This document shows, piece by piece, positions 6,435 through 14,151 of a stretch of DNA of 35,852 nucleotides. Within the stretch, counting starts at the first letter, position 1; the number at the start of each line of letters is the position of its first letter. Source of the DNA: a virus (Duplodnaviria; Caudoviricetes). Below the pieces are notes generated by a model. That model saw only the letters and a program-made list of their open reading frames with translations. It did no database searches and was not told where the DNA came from. The stretch spans positions 1-35,852 of IMG/VR virus record IMGVR_UViG_3300011335_000507. The stretch is one strand, 5' to 3'. A program made the position numbers and the translations under genes.

Positions 6435-6917
6435 TTACTTCTTAGCCCAAGGTGGTGCAGCCTTGGCAGATGTAGTGCTAGGCGCTACAGACTTGAACGG
6501 TACAGCCGCAGCAGGCGCAGCCCCACTCAAAGCCCGAAAGCCTTTAATCTCGTTACCGGCGTACTCGCCCGTCTTTACCGACAACTTGATGCCCAGGTTC
6601 CCGCCAATCAGTTGGTCGGTGTCCGATACCTTTCCCAAGCCAATAGCCCGCATGATCTCGCCAAGCTGCTGGCGTCCGATCTCTTCGGCCTTTGTGCTGG
6701 CGTTCTTGATGTTTAGGTTTCCGAACACGACGCGCCCTTGATGGCTTGGGCCTGTGATGGTGTACTTGCAAGCAATGTACTTGCCGTCACCTGCTTTGGT
6801 TTCCTTGACCTCCGCGCCAGTGATGGTGGCGTTGTACCAACCCTCGGGCAAGGGTTCAAAGTTGCCGTTACCAACTGGTAGTGTGTCGATGCTAAATTCT
6901 TCGTCTAAAAAAGCCAT
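6435..6917 (-). CDS. DUF669-like ssDNA-binding protein
   Basis: FEPLPEGWYNATI...GRVVFGNLN...NEIKGF, Ala/Pro tail ending PPWAKK; AAGGA RBS; position next to Sak4-like ATPase. Confidence 0.75.
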   Translation of the reverse strand: MAFLDEEFSIDTLPVGNGNFEPLPEGWYNATITGAEVKETKAGDGKYIACKYTITGPSHQGRVVFGNLNIKNASTKAEEIGRQQLGEIMRAIGLGKVSDTDQLIGGNLGIKLSVKTGEYAGNEIKGFRALSGAAPAAAVPFKSVAPSTTSAKAAPPWAKK

Positions 6918-6921
6918 GATA

Positions 6922-7293
6922 TTAATCCTTAGTGATAGTAAAAGTAGGACGTCCAGGTGTGGACGTAATTGCACCAAGCAGGGGCTGGGTTACAGCGTCA
7001 GCCGCAGCACCCCATGCCTTTGCATTGATCTCGGGTTTCCAGCGAAATAGGCTGGACAGATGTTCGGACAGTCCAGCTTCAGCGGCCAGCACTTGCAGTT
7101 TGTCGGCGTCAATCTTTTTATTGATTCGGCCTTCCATCTTGATTACAAAGCCGCTGTCCTCTTTCTTCATGGTTCCATCCAAGTCTTTGGGGATACCGAA
7201 GTGAATAGCCAGTTGATCTTCAATGTCGCGGCGATCTGCCACAGCTTTGGTTTCGACTTTTTTGGCGTCTAGCCATTGTTGGTAGAGGCTCAT
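6922..7293 (-). CDS. Conserved-looking phage recombination-module protein (123 aa)
   Basis: Helical N-terminus, FRWKPEI and ITSTPGRPTF motifs; coupled to neighbours. Confidence 0.75.
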   Translation of the reverse strand: MSLYQQWLDAKKVETKAVADRRDIEDQLAIHFGIPKDLDGTMKKEDSGFVIKMEGRINKKIDADKLQVLAAEAGLSEHLSSLFRWKPEINAKAWGAAADAVTQPLLGAITSTPGRPTFTITKD

Positions 7294-7478
7294 GCTGTTA
7301 CCTCAAATTCAGCGTTTAAAGATTGCATCACGCGGTCAAGCACAACGCGACCCGTGATGCAATCCATCTTGCGGTCAAACTGAGATGCACTGAGATGCAC
7401 TTCGTTGACCAGTTGATAAAGGATAAGAAATGCCGTCTGAATTTCAATCAAGTCCGTGAGGCTGATGGCTTTCTTCAT
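7290..7478 (-). CDS. Hypothetical protein (62 aa)
   Basis: ATGA overlaps at both ends. Confidence 0.65.
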   Translation of the reverse strand: MKKAISLTDLIEIQTAFLILYQLVNEVHLSASQFDRKMDCITGRVVLDRVMQSLNAEFEVTA

Positions 7479-8140
7479 GCTGCACCGCCAATCTTGGCAA
7501 TGATCTCGCCCAAGTCAGGCGCTTCCCATGCGCTTAGTTTTCCGCTACGGTCTTTGGCAAGCCATAGTCCATCGCTATCGCACATCAGGGCACGTTGAGT
7601 ATTTCCATCGGCGTCCTTCTCAACCCGCAGCGCCAGCACTTCATCAAAGAAGTAAGGCAAGGCTTGGCCGGTCTTGTTACCTGGCATCGAAGGGCTATAC
7701 AACACACGCCCCATCTCGTCTTGGGTTTTTTCTAATTTGGCGGTCATAAGCACATGGCGCTCTGGCAAGTCGCGGAATGCACGAATGATGTCGGCCATTT
7801 GCTCTTGCATAGCACCATAGGCGGCGCGTGGGTCTTTGTTGACCTTCTTCTCGTGGTTCAGGCAGACTTCAGCAATCTCGCTGATACTGTCCAATGCCAC
7901 CGATTTGTACTCAGACTCCAGCACCCAAGAATAGGCTTCCCGAAGGTCGTCCATACTGGTGATCTCCAAGTAAGGCAGATCAGCGTCTTGGATAGACAGC
8001 AAACCACCCTCAGCAGACAATACAACGGGGCTTGGCAATGTCTTGATTAGACTTGTCTTACCCGCACCGGCTGGGCCGTAGACCAGCAACTTAACACCAT
8101 TGGCGGTTAGGCCGCTAGTGCGTTTTAACGATATAGCCAT
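7475..8140 (-). CDS. AAA_24 / Sak4-like ATPase (recombinase)
   Basis: LVYGPAGAGKT Walker A, VALDSISE Walker B, C-terminal AKDRSG; GGAGAG RBS before ATG 8140. Confidence 0.85.
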   Translation of the reverse strand: MAISLKRTSGLTANGVKLLVYGPAGAGKTSLIKTLPSPVVLSAEGGLLSIQDADLPYLEITSMDDLREAYSWVLESEYKSVALDSISEIAEVCLNHEKKVNKDPRAAYGAMQEQMADIIRAFRDLPERHVLMTAKLEKTQDEMGRVLYSPSMPGNKTGQALPYFFDEVLALRVEKDADGNTQRALMCDSDGLWLAKDRSGKLSAWEAPDLGEIIAKIGGAA

Positions 8141-8192
8141 ATGGCTCTCCTTCTCTGTTTGCACTTCCGTCTGGACTCAGTTCGAAGCGTGA

Positions 8193-8227
8193 TTGCATCT
8201 TAGCACAGGTTCGTGGTACAGTGTCAA
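8193..8227. promoter_or_regulatory. Overlapping divergent sigma70-like promoters
   Basis: Rightward TTGCAT-18-TACAGT with TG extension; leftward TTGACA-19-TAAGAT with TG extension. Confidence 0.6.
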
Positions 8228-8255
8228 CAACTTTTTAACAAAGGATGAAAAATAA

Positions 8256-10277
8256 ATGTCAGACCTCGCAAGTATCCTTGGTGGCCCCTGGTCGCCACCG
8301 GAACAAAAACACATTGAATCACCAGAGGATCAGCTAAAAGACGCGATGCTTGGCGCAGGTCTAAAGCCACCAGAGGCCATACACCTAGACGGCAAAGTAC
8401 ACCGCTTTAACTCAGGCACAAAGGGCGAAAAGGGTCACGACAAGCCTGGTTGGTACATAGCCTTTAATGATGGCGTACCGGCAGGGCGCTTTGGTTGCTG
8501 GCGCTCTGGCGTAGAACTTACTTGGAAGGCAGACATTGGCCGCAGCCTGACGGTAGCCGAGGAAATGGCACAGTCTCGCAGGCTCTCAGAGGCCAAGGCG
8601 CAGCGCGATGCCGAGCAAGCCAAGACCCGCGAAGTGGCGGCGAACACCGTGGATTTGATTTGGTCGCAGGCTGGTGCCGCAAGCCCCGAGCATCCCTACC
8701 TACAGCGCAAAGGCATACAACCCAATGGCGCACGGATTACGGGTGACGGACGCCTTATGGTGCCTCTGTATAACTCGGATGGCGAACTCTCCAGCATCCA
8801 ATACATTGCTGGTGATGGCGACAAGAAGTACCACCCAGGGGGACAGACAGGCTCAATGTATTGGCTGGTTGGAAGCATGGATGACGCTACCACGCTCTAC
8901 ATTGCCGAAGGCTTTGCCACAGCGGCCACCATTGCAGAAGTCACAAGCCAACCCTGCGCGGTGGCATACAGCGCAAGCAACCTAGTGCCTATAACGGGAA
9001 TCCTTAAAGCAGCGAATCCGGCACTTGACATTTGCATTGTTGCCGACAATGACGCAAGTGGCGTAGGCCAACGCTACGCAGAGCAAGCAAGTGCAAAGTT
9101 TGGGGTACGCATGACAACACCACCAATTGAAGGTGACGCCAATGATTACGTTCAAGCGGGGCATGATTTGGCACTGCTTTTAAAGCCCCAAGTGGCAACG
9201 GACTACCTAGTCCATGCCGATGGTTTTTCAGAGCAGCCAGCGCCCATATCGTGGCTTGTGAAGCACTGGATACAGGACAAAGCATTGGTGATGGTGCATG
9301 GCCCTAGCGGTGGTGGCAAGACCTTTGTTACTTTGGATTGGATGCTGCACATTGCCAGTGGTAAGGCAAGCTGGTTCGGCCACAAGGTTAGACCAGGCAA
9401 CATGGTGTATTTAGCCGGTGAAGGGCATCACGGCCTGCGAAGCAGGATAGCAGCATGGAAGCACCATAACAAAGTCATTCACCTCAATATGTGGGTCAGC
9501 AAGTCAGGTGTAGACCTCAACACACCAGAAGGATATTTGAGAGTGTTGGAGTCGATTCGGGCGCTCAAGATCAAGCCAAGTGTGATTACTGTGGACACAT
9601 TACACCGCTTCATGGCCGGTGACGAGAACAGCGCACAAGACGCCAAGACCATGCTAGACGCCTGCGCTGCCCTCATGGAAGAGTTTGGATGCACCGTAAT
9701 TCTGGTTCACCACACTGGTGTATCAGACGAAGCCCAACACCGCGCACGAGGCTCTAGCGCATGGCGTGGTGCCTTAGACATTGAGATAAGCATTGTCCCA
9801 GGTAAGGTTGGCAAACCAATGGAAATCATCCAGCGCAAGAGTAAAGACGCTGAGATGTCAGCACCAGTCTACGTTGAACTTGAGTCGGTAGCGATACCTG
9901 GCTGGCTTGATGAGGACGGAGAGCAAGTCACCAGCGCAGTGGTAATCAAGGGCGAAGCACCAGAGGTTAAAAGCAAAGGCGAATCACTTGGCTTTTCATC
10001 TTTTGAACGAGCATGGTTTGCTACTGGCGCAGAAGATCGAGGTGGCGCACCTTACCTTACCCGCAGCGCCTTTTATGAATGGGCATTGGAGAACGGTCTC
10101 AAAAACAAGAAATACACAAAGGACAGCTTGAGAGCGCAAATACCAGCAGACGGAAACAAGGGCAAATACATAGGGCCGTTGATTGAAGAAAAGTTGATTG
10201 AAGTCCATGAAAACGGATGGATTGTGATTGAGCCAGGCCAAGCGTTAGGAATGATTTTGAAAAAAAATTCCCCTTAA
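8256..10277 (+). CDS. Primase-helicase (Toprim + AAA_25/RecA-type helicase)
   Basis: HPYLQRKGI, EGFATA, ADND Toprim motifs; GPSGGGKT, ITVDTL, VHHTG, RGSSA. Confidence 0.9.
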   Translation: MSDLASILGGPWSPPEQKHIESPEDQLKDAMLGAGLKPPEAIHLDGKVHRFNSGTKGEKGHDKPGWYIAFNDGVPAGRFGCWRSGVELTWKADIGRSLTVAEEMAQSRRLSEAKAQRDAEQAKTREVAANTVDLIWSQAGAASPEHPYLQRKGIQPNGARITGDGRLMVPLYNSDGELSSIQYIAGDGDKKYHPGGQTGSMYWLVGSMDDATTLYIAEGFATAATIAEVTSQPCAVAYSASNLVPITGILKAANPALDICIVADNDASGVGQRYAEQASAKFGVRMTTPPIEGDANDYVQAGHDLALLLKPQVATDYLVHADGFSEQPAPISWLVKHWIQDKALVMVHGPSGGGKTFVTLDWMLHIASGKASWFGHKVRPGNMVYLAGEGHHGLRSRIAAWKHHNKVIHLNMWVSKSGVDLNTPEGYLRVLESIRALKIKPSVITVDTLHRFMAGDENSAQDAKTMLDACAALMEEFGCTVILVHHTGVSDEAQHRARGSSAWRGALDIEISIVPGKVGKPMEIIQRKSKDAEMSAPVYVELESVAIPGWLDEDGEQVTSAVVIKGEAPEVKSKGESLGFSSFERAWFATGAEDRGGAPYLTRSAFYEWALENGLKNKKYTKDSLRAQIPADGNKGKYIGPLIEEKLIEVHENGWIVIEPGQALGMILKKNSP

Positions 10278-10304
10278 CTTAACAAGTGTGATAAACTTTT
10301 GAAC

Positions 10305-10472
10305 ATGAACAAAAAATTGACCCAACTAAAAGCTAAGTTAAGAGCCGCGAAAGCGGAACTTGCTATACGAACCCGTACAAACAACAGTGCGTCACGGGCA
10401 TACAACAAGGTAACCGTAAGGATTGCCGAACTGGAGAAAAAAATTGCTGACCTGGCGAAAATTTCAGAGTGA
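10305..10472 (+). CDS. Basic coiled-coil protein (55 aa; not in ORF track)
   Basis: MNKKLTQLKAKLRAAKAELAIR...KISE*. Confidence 0.6.
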   Translation: MNKKLTQLKAKLRAAKAELAIRTRTNNSASRAYNKVTVRIAELEKKIADLAKISE

Positions 10473-10632
10473 GTTGCCCAATTACAGCGAAGCCGAACTA
10501 TTGGTTTTGCTTGATGAAGAGCGCAAACAACATAAGCGTGTATCTATGCTGGAGCGAATCCACCAGCGTTATTGCACACTGAGAGCCAATCGGGAACGGT
10601 TGGAAATTTTAAAAGAAGGCAGGAAGCCATGA
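10444..10632 (+). CDS. Hypothetical protein (62 aa, TTG start)
   Basis: GGAG RBS; overlap with next ATG. Confidence 0.65.
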   Translation: MLTWRKFQSELPNYSEAELLVLLDEERKQHKRVSMLERIHQRYCTLRANRERLEILKEGRKP

Positions 10633-10820
10633 AATTTATAAAGTTCCTGAAGGACTATTACCGCGACCTAACGCCAGCAGAGGTCATTGCCCGCGAACTC
10701 GCACAAGCCCACTTAGACCGCCTTGAGGCTGAAGGGGCAGTCGAGTATGCCCAGGCAGTGCTAGACATGAATATGACCCGCATAGAGCGTTTGAATGCAC
10801 GTTTAGGAGAGTACAAATGA
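10629..10820 (+). CDS. Hypothetical helical protein (63 aa)
   Basis: AGGA RBS, ATGA coupling. Confidence 0.7.
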   Translation: MKFIKFLKDYYRDLTPAEVIARELAQAHLDRLEAEGAVEYAQAVLDMNMTRIERLNARLGEYK

Positions 10821-11032
10821 CTTGCTGCGAATATGGAAAATGCACTAACGCAACCAACTGCCCCGTCAGGAAAGCGCACAGAGAGGCCGCAAACAGGGCA
10901 TACGCTGAACGTGGAAGGGTTGTTGATACTGACCCCTACAACGAAACACTAAGCACGTTTAAGGGCTTGCTTGTAGCGATAGCTTCTGCGCTGGCTGTGT
11001 GGATTGTTTGCTTGATTATTTGGGGGAAGTGA
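10817..11032 (+). CDS. Small protein, N-terminal Cys cluster and C-terminal TM helix
   Basis: CCEYGKC...NCP; LLVAIASALAVWIVCLIIW. Confidence 0.7.
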   Translation: MTCCEYGKCTNATNCPVRKAHREAANRAYAERGRVVDTDPYNETLSTFKGLLVAIASALAVWIVCLIIWGK

Positions 11033-11229
11033 TGAACATCAATAACATCTGGGAAATGGCTGGCGAGTCTGGCTTCCGAGGAGGCGACTACATAGACGTT
11101 GAAAAGTTTGCCGCCTTGGTAGAAGCAGCAGCCCGTGCTGATGAGCGTGAGGCTTGTGCAAAGATGTGTGACGATAACTATTTTGCGTTTGTGGCTGCTG
11201 ATGCTATCCGCGCAAGGGGAAACACATGA
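11032..11229 (+). CDS. Hypothetical protein (ADEREACAK...ADAIRARG type)
   Basis: Motif typical of small phage accessory proteins; coupled start. Confidence 0.7.
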   Translation: MNINNIWEMAGESGFRGGDYIDVEKFAALVEAAARADEREACAKMCDDNYFAFVAADAIRARGNT

Positions 11230-11408
11230 CAGTATTTTGGGTATTAGCTTGGAGTAAATACTATCCCTGCGGGGGTTTAAGGAACGTGCATTCTCGACAT
11301 GAAACGCTGGATGAAGCACTTGAAATTGCGGAGCAGTTGAAATCCACAAACGAGTATGACTACGTGAAAGTTGAAGATGTATCTGAAATGGTAGGAGTAA
11401 CAACATGA
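11226..11408 (+). CDS. Hypothetical protein (60 aa)
   Basis: ATGA coupling both ends. Confidence 0.7.
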   Translation: MTVFWVLAWSKYYPCGGLRNVHSRHETLDEALEIAEQLKSTNEYDYVKVEDVSEMVGVTT

Positions 11409-11488
11409 CAGGCTATCAATCTTATTGCGTGTACTGCAAACGACCTGTGTTCACGATATTAACCAAGTGTAGGAGTTGCGGAAAATGA
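11405..11488 (+). CDS. 27-aa zinc-finger micro-protein (not in ORF track)
   Basis: MTGYQSYCVYCKRPVFTILTKCRSCGK*; AGGAG RBS; ATGA at both ends. Confidence 0.55.
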   Translation: MTGYQSYCVYCKRPVFTILTKCRSCGK

Positions 11489-12045
11489 CAGGCTATCAAA
11501 GCAAAAAGAAAGCGGCGCAGGACAAGTTGGCACAGCCAGAGCAGGAGTTTAATCGGACGTGGGTTTGTAACGAATGCGGTTCGCAGCAATTTACATCAGC
11601 AATTTGTGAAGCTGACCTTGACTATCTTGCGTGTTCAAATTGTGGGGGCAACGAATTTCACAAAGAGGCCTTGGCACAGCCAGAGCAGGAGCCTAAGAGC
11701 GTCACTTACAAAGAAGTGCAGGATTCAATGAACGCTTTGGAAAAAGGTAACCTTCGCCAGCAGGTTATTGCCGAGGAATTAGGGCAAAGAAAACTCTACA
11801 CAGCCCCACCACCACAGCCAGCGCAGGAGCAGGAGCCGGTGGGCAAAGTAACCGAAGTCGCTGACAACGGATTTAAATGCGAATTTAACCAGCGCCTAAC
11901 GGCTGGGACGAAACTTTACACCACCCCACCACAGCGCCCGTGGGTAGGGCTTACTGCGGAACAAGCGGCTGAATGCTGGACAACAAGCGCAACACAAACG
12001 TGGAAAAACTTTGAAGCTAAGTTAAAGGAGAAGAACAATGGATGA
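11485..12045 (+). CDS. Modular accessory protein with AQPEQE linkers and Zn-finger module
   Basis: Three AQPEQE-like linkers, CNEC/CSNC, two KLYTxPP motifs, RPWVGLT, EAKLKEKN. Confidence 0.75.
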   Translation: MTGYQSKKKAAQDKLAQPEQEFNRTWVCNECGSQQFTSAICEADLDYLACSNCGGNEFHKEALAQPEQEPKSVTYKEVQDSMNALEKGNLRQQVIAEELGQRKLYTAPPPQPAQEQEPVGKVTEVADNGFKCEFNQRLTAGTKLYTTPPQRPWVGLTAEQAAECWTTSATQTWKNFEAKLKEKNNG

Positions 12046-12205
12046 ACATCAGACCTACTTAGGTGATGGCGTGTACGTTAGCTTTGATGGCTATCAGATA
12101 TGGCTTGCCGTAAATCACCATGAAAACAAAGTAGTGGCGCTAGAGCCATCGGTACTTGACCGCCTGTACAAATACGTTGAAATGCTGAAGGACAATAACA
12201 AATGA
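12038..12205 (+). CDS. Hypothetical protein (55 aa, YLGDGVYVSFDG; not in ORF track)
   Basis: AAGGAG RBS; ATGA overlap downstream. Confidence 0.65.
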   Translation: MDEHQTYLGDGVYVSFDGYQIWLAVNHHENKVVALEPSVLDRLYKYVEMLKDNNK

Positions 12206-12426
12206 AGCGCCCTCTCGAATCTGATTACACAAGCCAAGCAGCGTACACAAGAGCGCTTGAAATGTATTGCGAAGATTACGGAGACGCACTGCCAATTGCA
12301 TACCAAAGCGGGTATTACGATGGCAAGAAAGCAGCACTAGCTAGTCTGGAGCAAAACTTCTGTCCCCTATGCGGCAAACGTACATGGAACATCCACACTT
12401 GCACACCACCAAAGGAAAACACATGA
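12202..12426 (+). CDS. Hypothetical protein with C-terminal CxxC...HxC Zn motif
   Basis: NFCPLCGKR...IHTCTPP. Confidence 0.7.
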   Translation: MKRPLESDYTSQAAYTRALEMYCEDYGDALPIAYQSGYYDGKKAALASLEQNFCPLCGKRTWNIHTCTPPKENT

Positions 12427-12629
12427 CCTTTATTCCTAGGAACGATAATTCCATTCACCGCAAAGACCTTAACCTTAAAGACCCTTGGGCACCAAGGCAG
12501 CGCGATGAGCATGAAGCATTACCTCCCACATTCAGTATTTGGGAAAGGCCCGTGTACCAGCCGACCCGCATGGCAACACCTCGACCTGGTGCTGATGACC
12601 ATCTAAACATTAAAAGGCGGGGCGTATGA
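12423..12629 (+). CDS. Hypothetical protein (68 aa, RPGADDHL motif)
   Basis: AAGGA RBS; ATGA coupling. Confidence 0.65.
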   Translation: MTFIPRNDNSIHRKDLNLKDPWAPRQRDEHEALPPTFSIWERPVYQPTRMATPRPGADDHLNIKRRGV

Positions 12630-12976
12630 AACCAAGTCACCCAAAAATTAGGCAGCTACTGCACCAGTACCAAGACGGCCTGACAACAAAAGAAATAGCC
12701 GAACGGTTAGAAAAAAGACATGACACGATTTATGCTGCGCTGCAAAATATGCCTGATACTTACATAGATAGATGGCTAGAAGCCCAGCAACAGTTGCCGC
12801 CACAAGCTGTATGGTGCGCGGTAGTGCCACCAGAAGATTGTCCTAAACCAAGACCAAAGAAATCAAATGCCACAACCAAAAGACCTACCAAACTTTGCAG
12901 CATGGAACCAAGAGACCTTGGCCAAGTTTTGTATGGATTCGTATCTACGAATGCAAGCGCAGCAAGAAGCGATTGA
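12626..12976 (+). CDS. Putative HTH DNA-binding protein
   Basis: DGLTTKEIAERLEKRHDTIYAAL resembles helix-turn-helix. Confidence 0.65.
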   Translation: MKPSHPKIRQLLHQYQDGLTTKEIAERLEKRHDTIYAALQNMPDTYIDRWLEAQQQLPPQAVWCAVVPPEDCPKPRPKKSNATTKRPTKLCSMEPRDLGQVLYGFVSTNASAARSD

Positions 12977-13055
12977 GCAACTGCGCGGTGACCTCAAGGA
13001 CGCTATGATAGAAATAAGGCGCGTTCATCTTTACGTCGATTCTGTAATCCCTTGA
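12867..13055 (+). CDS. Hypothetical coiled-coil protein (62 aa)
   Basis: PNFAAWNQETLAKF...EAIEQLRGDLKDA; last gene before convergent lysozyme. Confidence 0.6.
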   Translation: MPQPKDLPNFAAWNQETLAKFCMDSYLRMQAQQEAIEQLRGDLKDAMIEIRRVHLYVDSVIP

Positions 13056-13479
13056 GTATTTTTCCAGCCGCCATGCAATACTTTAGGAGTTCTTCCGCAG
13101 CGCCTTCCATATCGTTGCGAAGAACTTTTTGGCGAAGCGTTGAACGCTGGAGTGTCCCAAGCCCCACATTAAAAGAGAAACTGACAAGACCATCAAACTG
13201 ACCTTGTGTAAGAACAACAGGACAGAATCGTTCCACGCCAAGTTCAAAGCGTTTAAGGTCTGATGCAAGAATTCCATTGACTTCCTCCATAGTGAACTGG
13301 CGGTCATCCTCTGGACGCAACTGGAAAGCCATGCGCTCTTCTAGCTTCAGTCTGCCTTGCTCTGGATAGAGAACATGGCCCACGCAACAAGTCCAAAGCA
13401 AAGCGGGGCAGCGATATGGACGCTGGCGTACACCTTCATGATGGCGTATGACCCCAAGGGCTTTGGCAGAGACTTTCAT
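13003..13479 (-). CDS. Endolysin, GH24 phage lysozyme
   Basis: HEG-x-PYRC-x5-T, QFDGLVSFSFNVGLG, GLQNRRKDERALFL. Confidence 0.92.
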   Translation of the reverse strand: MKVSAKALGVIRHHEGVRQRPYRCPALLWTCCVGHVLYPEQGRLKLEERMAFQLRPEDDRQFTMEEVNGILASDLKRFELGVERFCPVVLTQGQFDGLVSFSFNVGLGTLQRSTLRQKVLRNDMEGAAEELLKYCMAAGKILKGLQNRRKDERALFLS

Positions 13480-13628
13480 TTCTTTTGCGTCTGAACGCAC
13501 CCCACTTTGTAGCCCAGGTCACGCCACTCTTTAGCGGCCCGCTGACAGGCAGACTCCACCTCAAAGTAGCCCACCACCATTATTGAGTTCATGTTGATAC
13601 CTGTTACCAGCACCAGCGTCCAGATCAT
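13476..13628 (-). CDS. 50-aa protein between holin and endolysin (not in ORF track)
   Basis: MIWTLVLVTG...ACQRAA...GCVQTQKK*; ATGA overlaps on both sides. Confidence 0.6.
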   Translation of the reverse strand: MIWTLVLVTGINMNSIMVVGYFEVESACQRAAKEWRDLGYKVGCVQTQKK

Positions 13629-14140
13629 TTGCCAAAGGCTCGACCACCAAAATGGAACGCTATGATGGACGCGAACAAAGCCTGAGTGTTGCTATCCCAC
13701 AGTTTTTCAGCCAGTTGCGGGAACTCAATGCCACGGTTCCAGCCATACATGAACAGGCCAGCGTCCACAAACACCAGCAGAAAGAAAAATCCCAGCGTAA
13801 TGAATGAACGCACACCAGCACGAAGATTCTTCATCCACTGTGACGTGCCTTCGTTCATTGACTCGTCGTGCTTGTAGATGGCATTCATCTCAGCCACCTG
13901 TGCGCTGACTAGGTTCTCTTCAGACTTGGCCTTGGTTTCTAACTCTAGCTGCTGGGTATGTATCTGCTCAACCCGTTCCTGCGCCTCAAACCCTGCTTTG
14001 CGTAGTTCCAGTTCGCGCTCGATCTGCATCTGGGCCAGCGCCAGTTCGTGCTTCTTATCCTGCCTATCTTGAAAGAAATCTAGCAACTTGGGCAAGCCGC
14101 CCATGAGAAAGCTAATCAGGGTAGAGAGGATAGTTAGCAT
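13625..14140 (-). CDS. Putative holin (3-TM, GTA-holin-like)
   Basis: N-terminal hydrophobic helix, coiled coil, W..NLRAGVR, TM, FHFGGR tail; upstream of lysozyme. Confidence 0.7.
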   Translation of the reverse strand: MLTILSTLISFLMGGLPKLLDFFQDRQDKKHELALAQMQIERELELRKAGFEAQERVEQIHTQQLELETKAKSEENLVSAQVAEMNAIYKHDESMNEGTSQWMKNLRAGVRSFITLGFFFLLVFVDAGLFMYGWNRGIEFPQLAEKLWDSNTQALFASIIAFHFGGRAFGK

Positions 14141-14151
14141 GGGTTAGTCCT

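Noticed and set aside
5199-7272. Long + strand ORFs (e.g. 5851-6741, 296 aa)
   Set aside because: Antisense shadows of well-supported minus-strand genes; no motifs or RBS.
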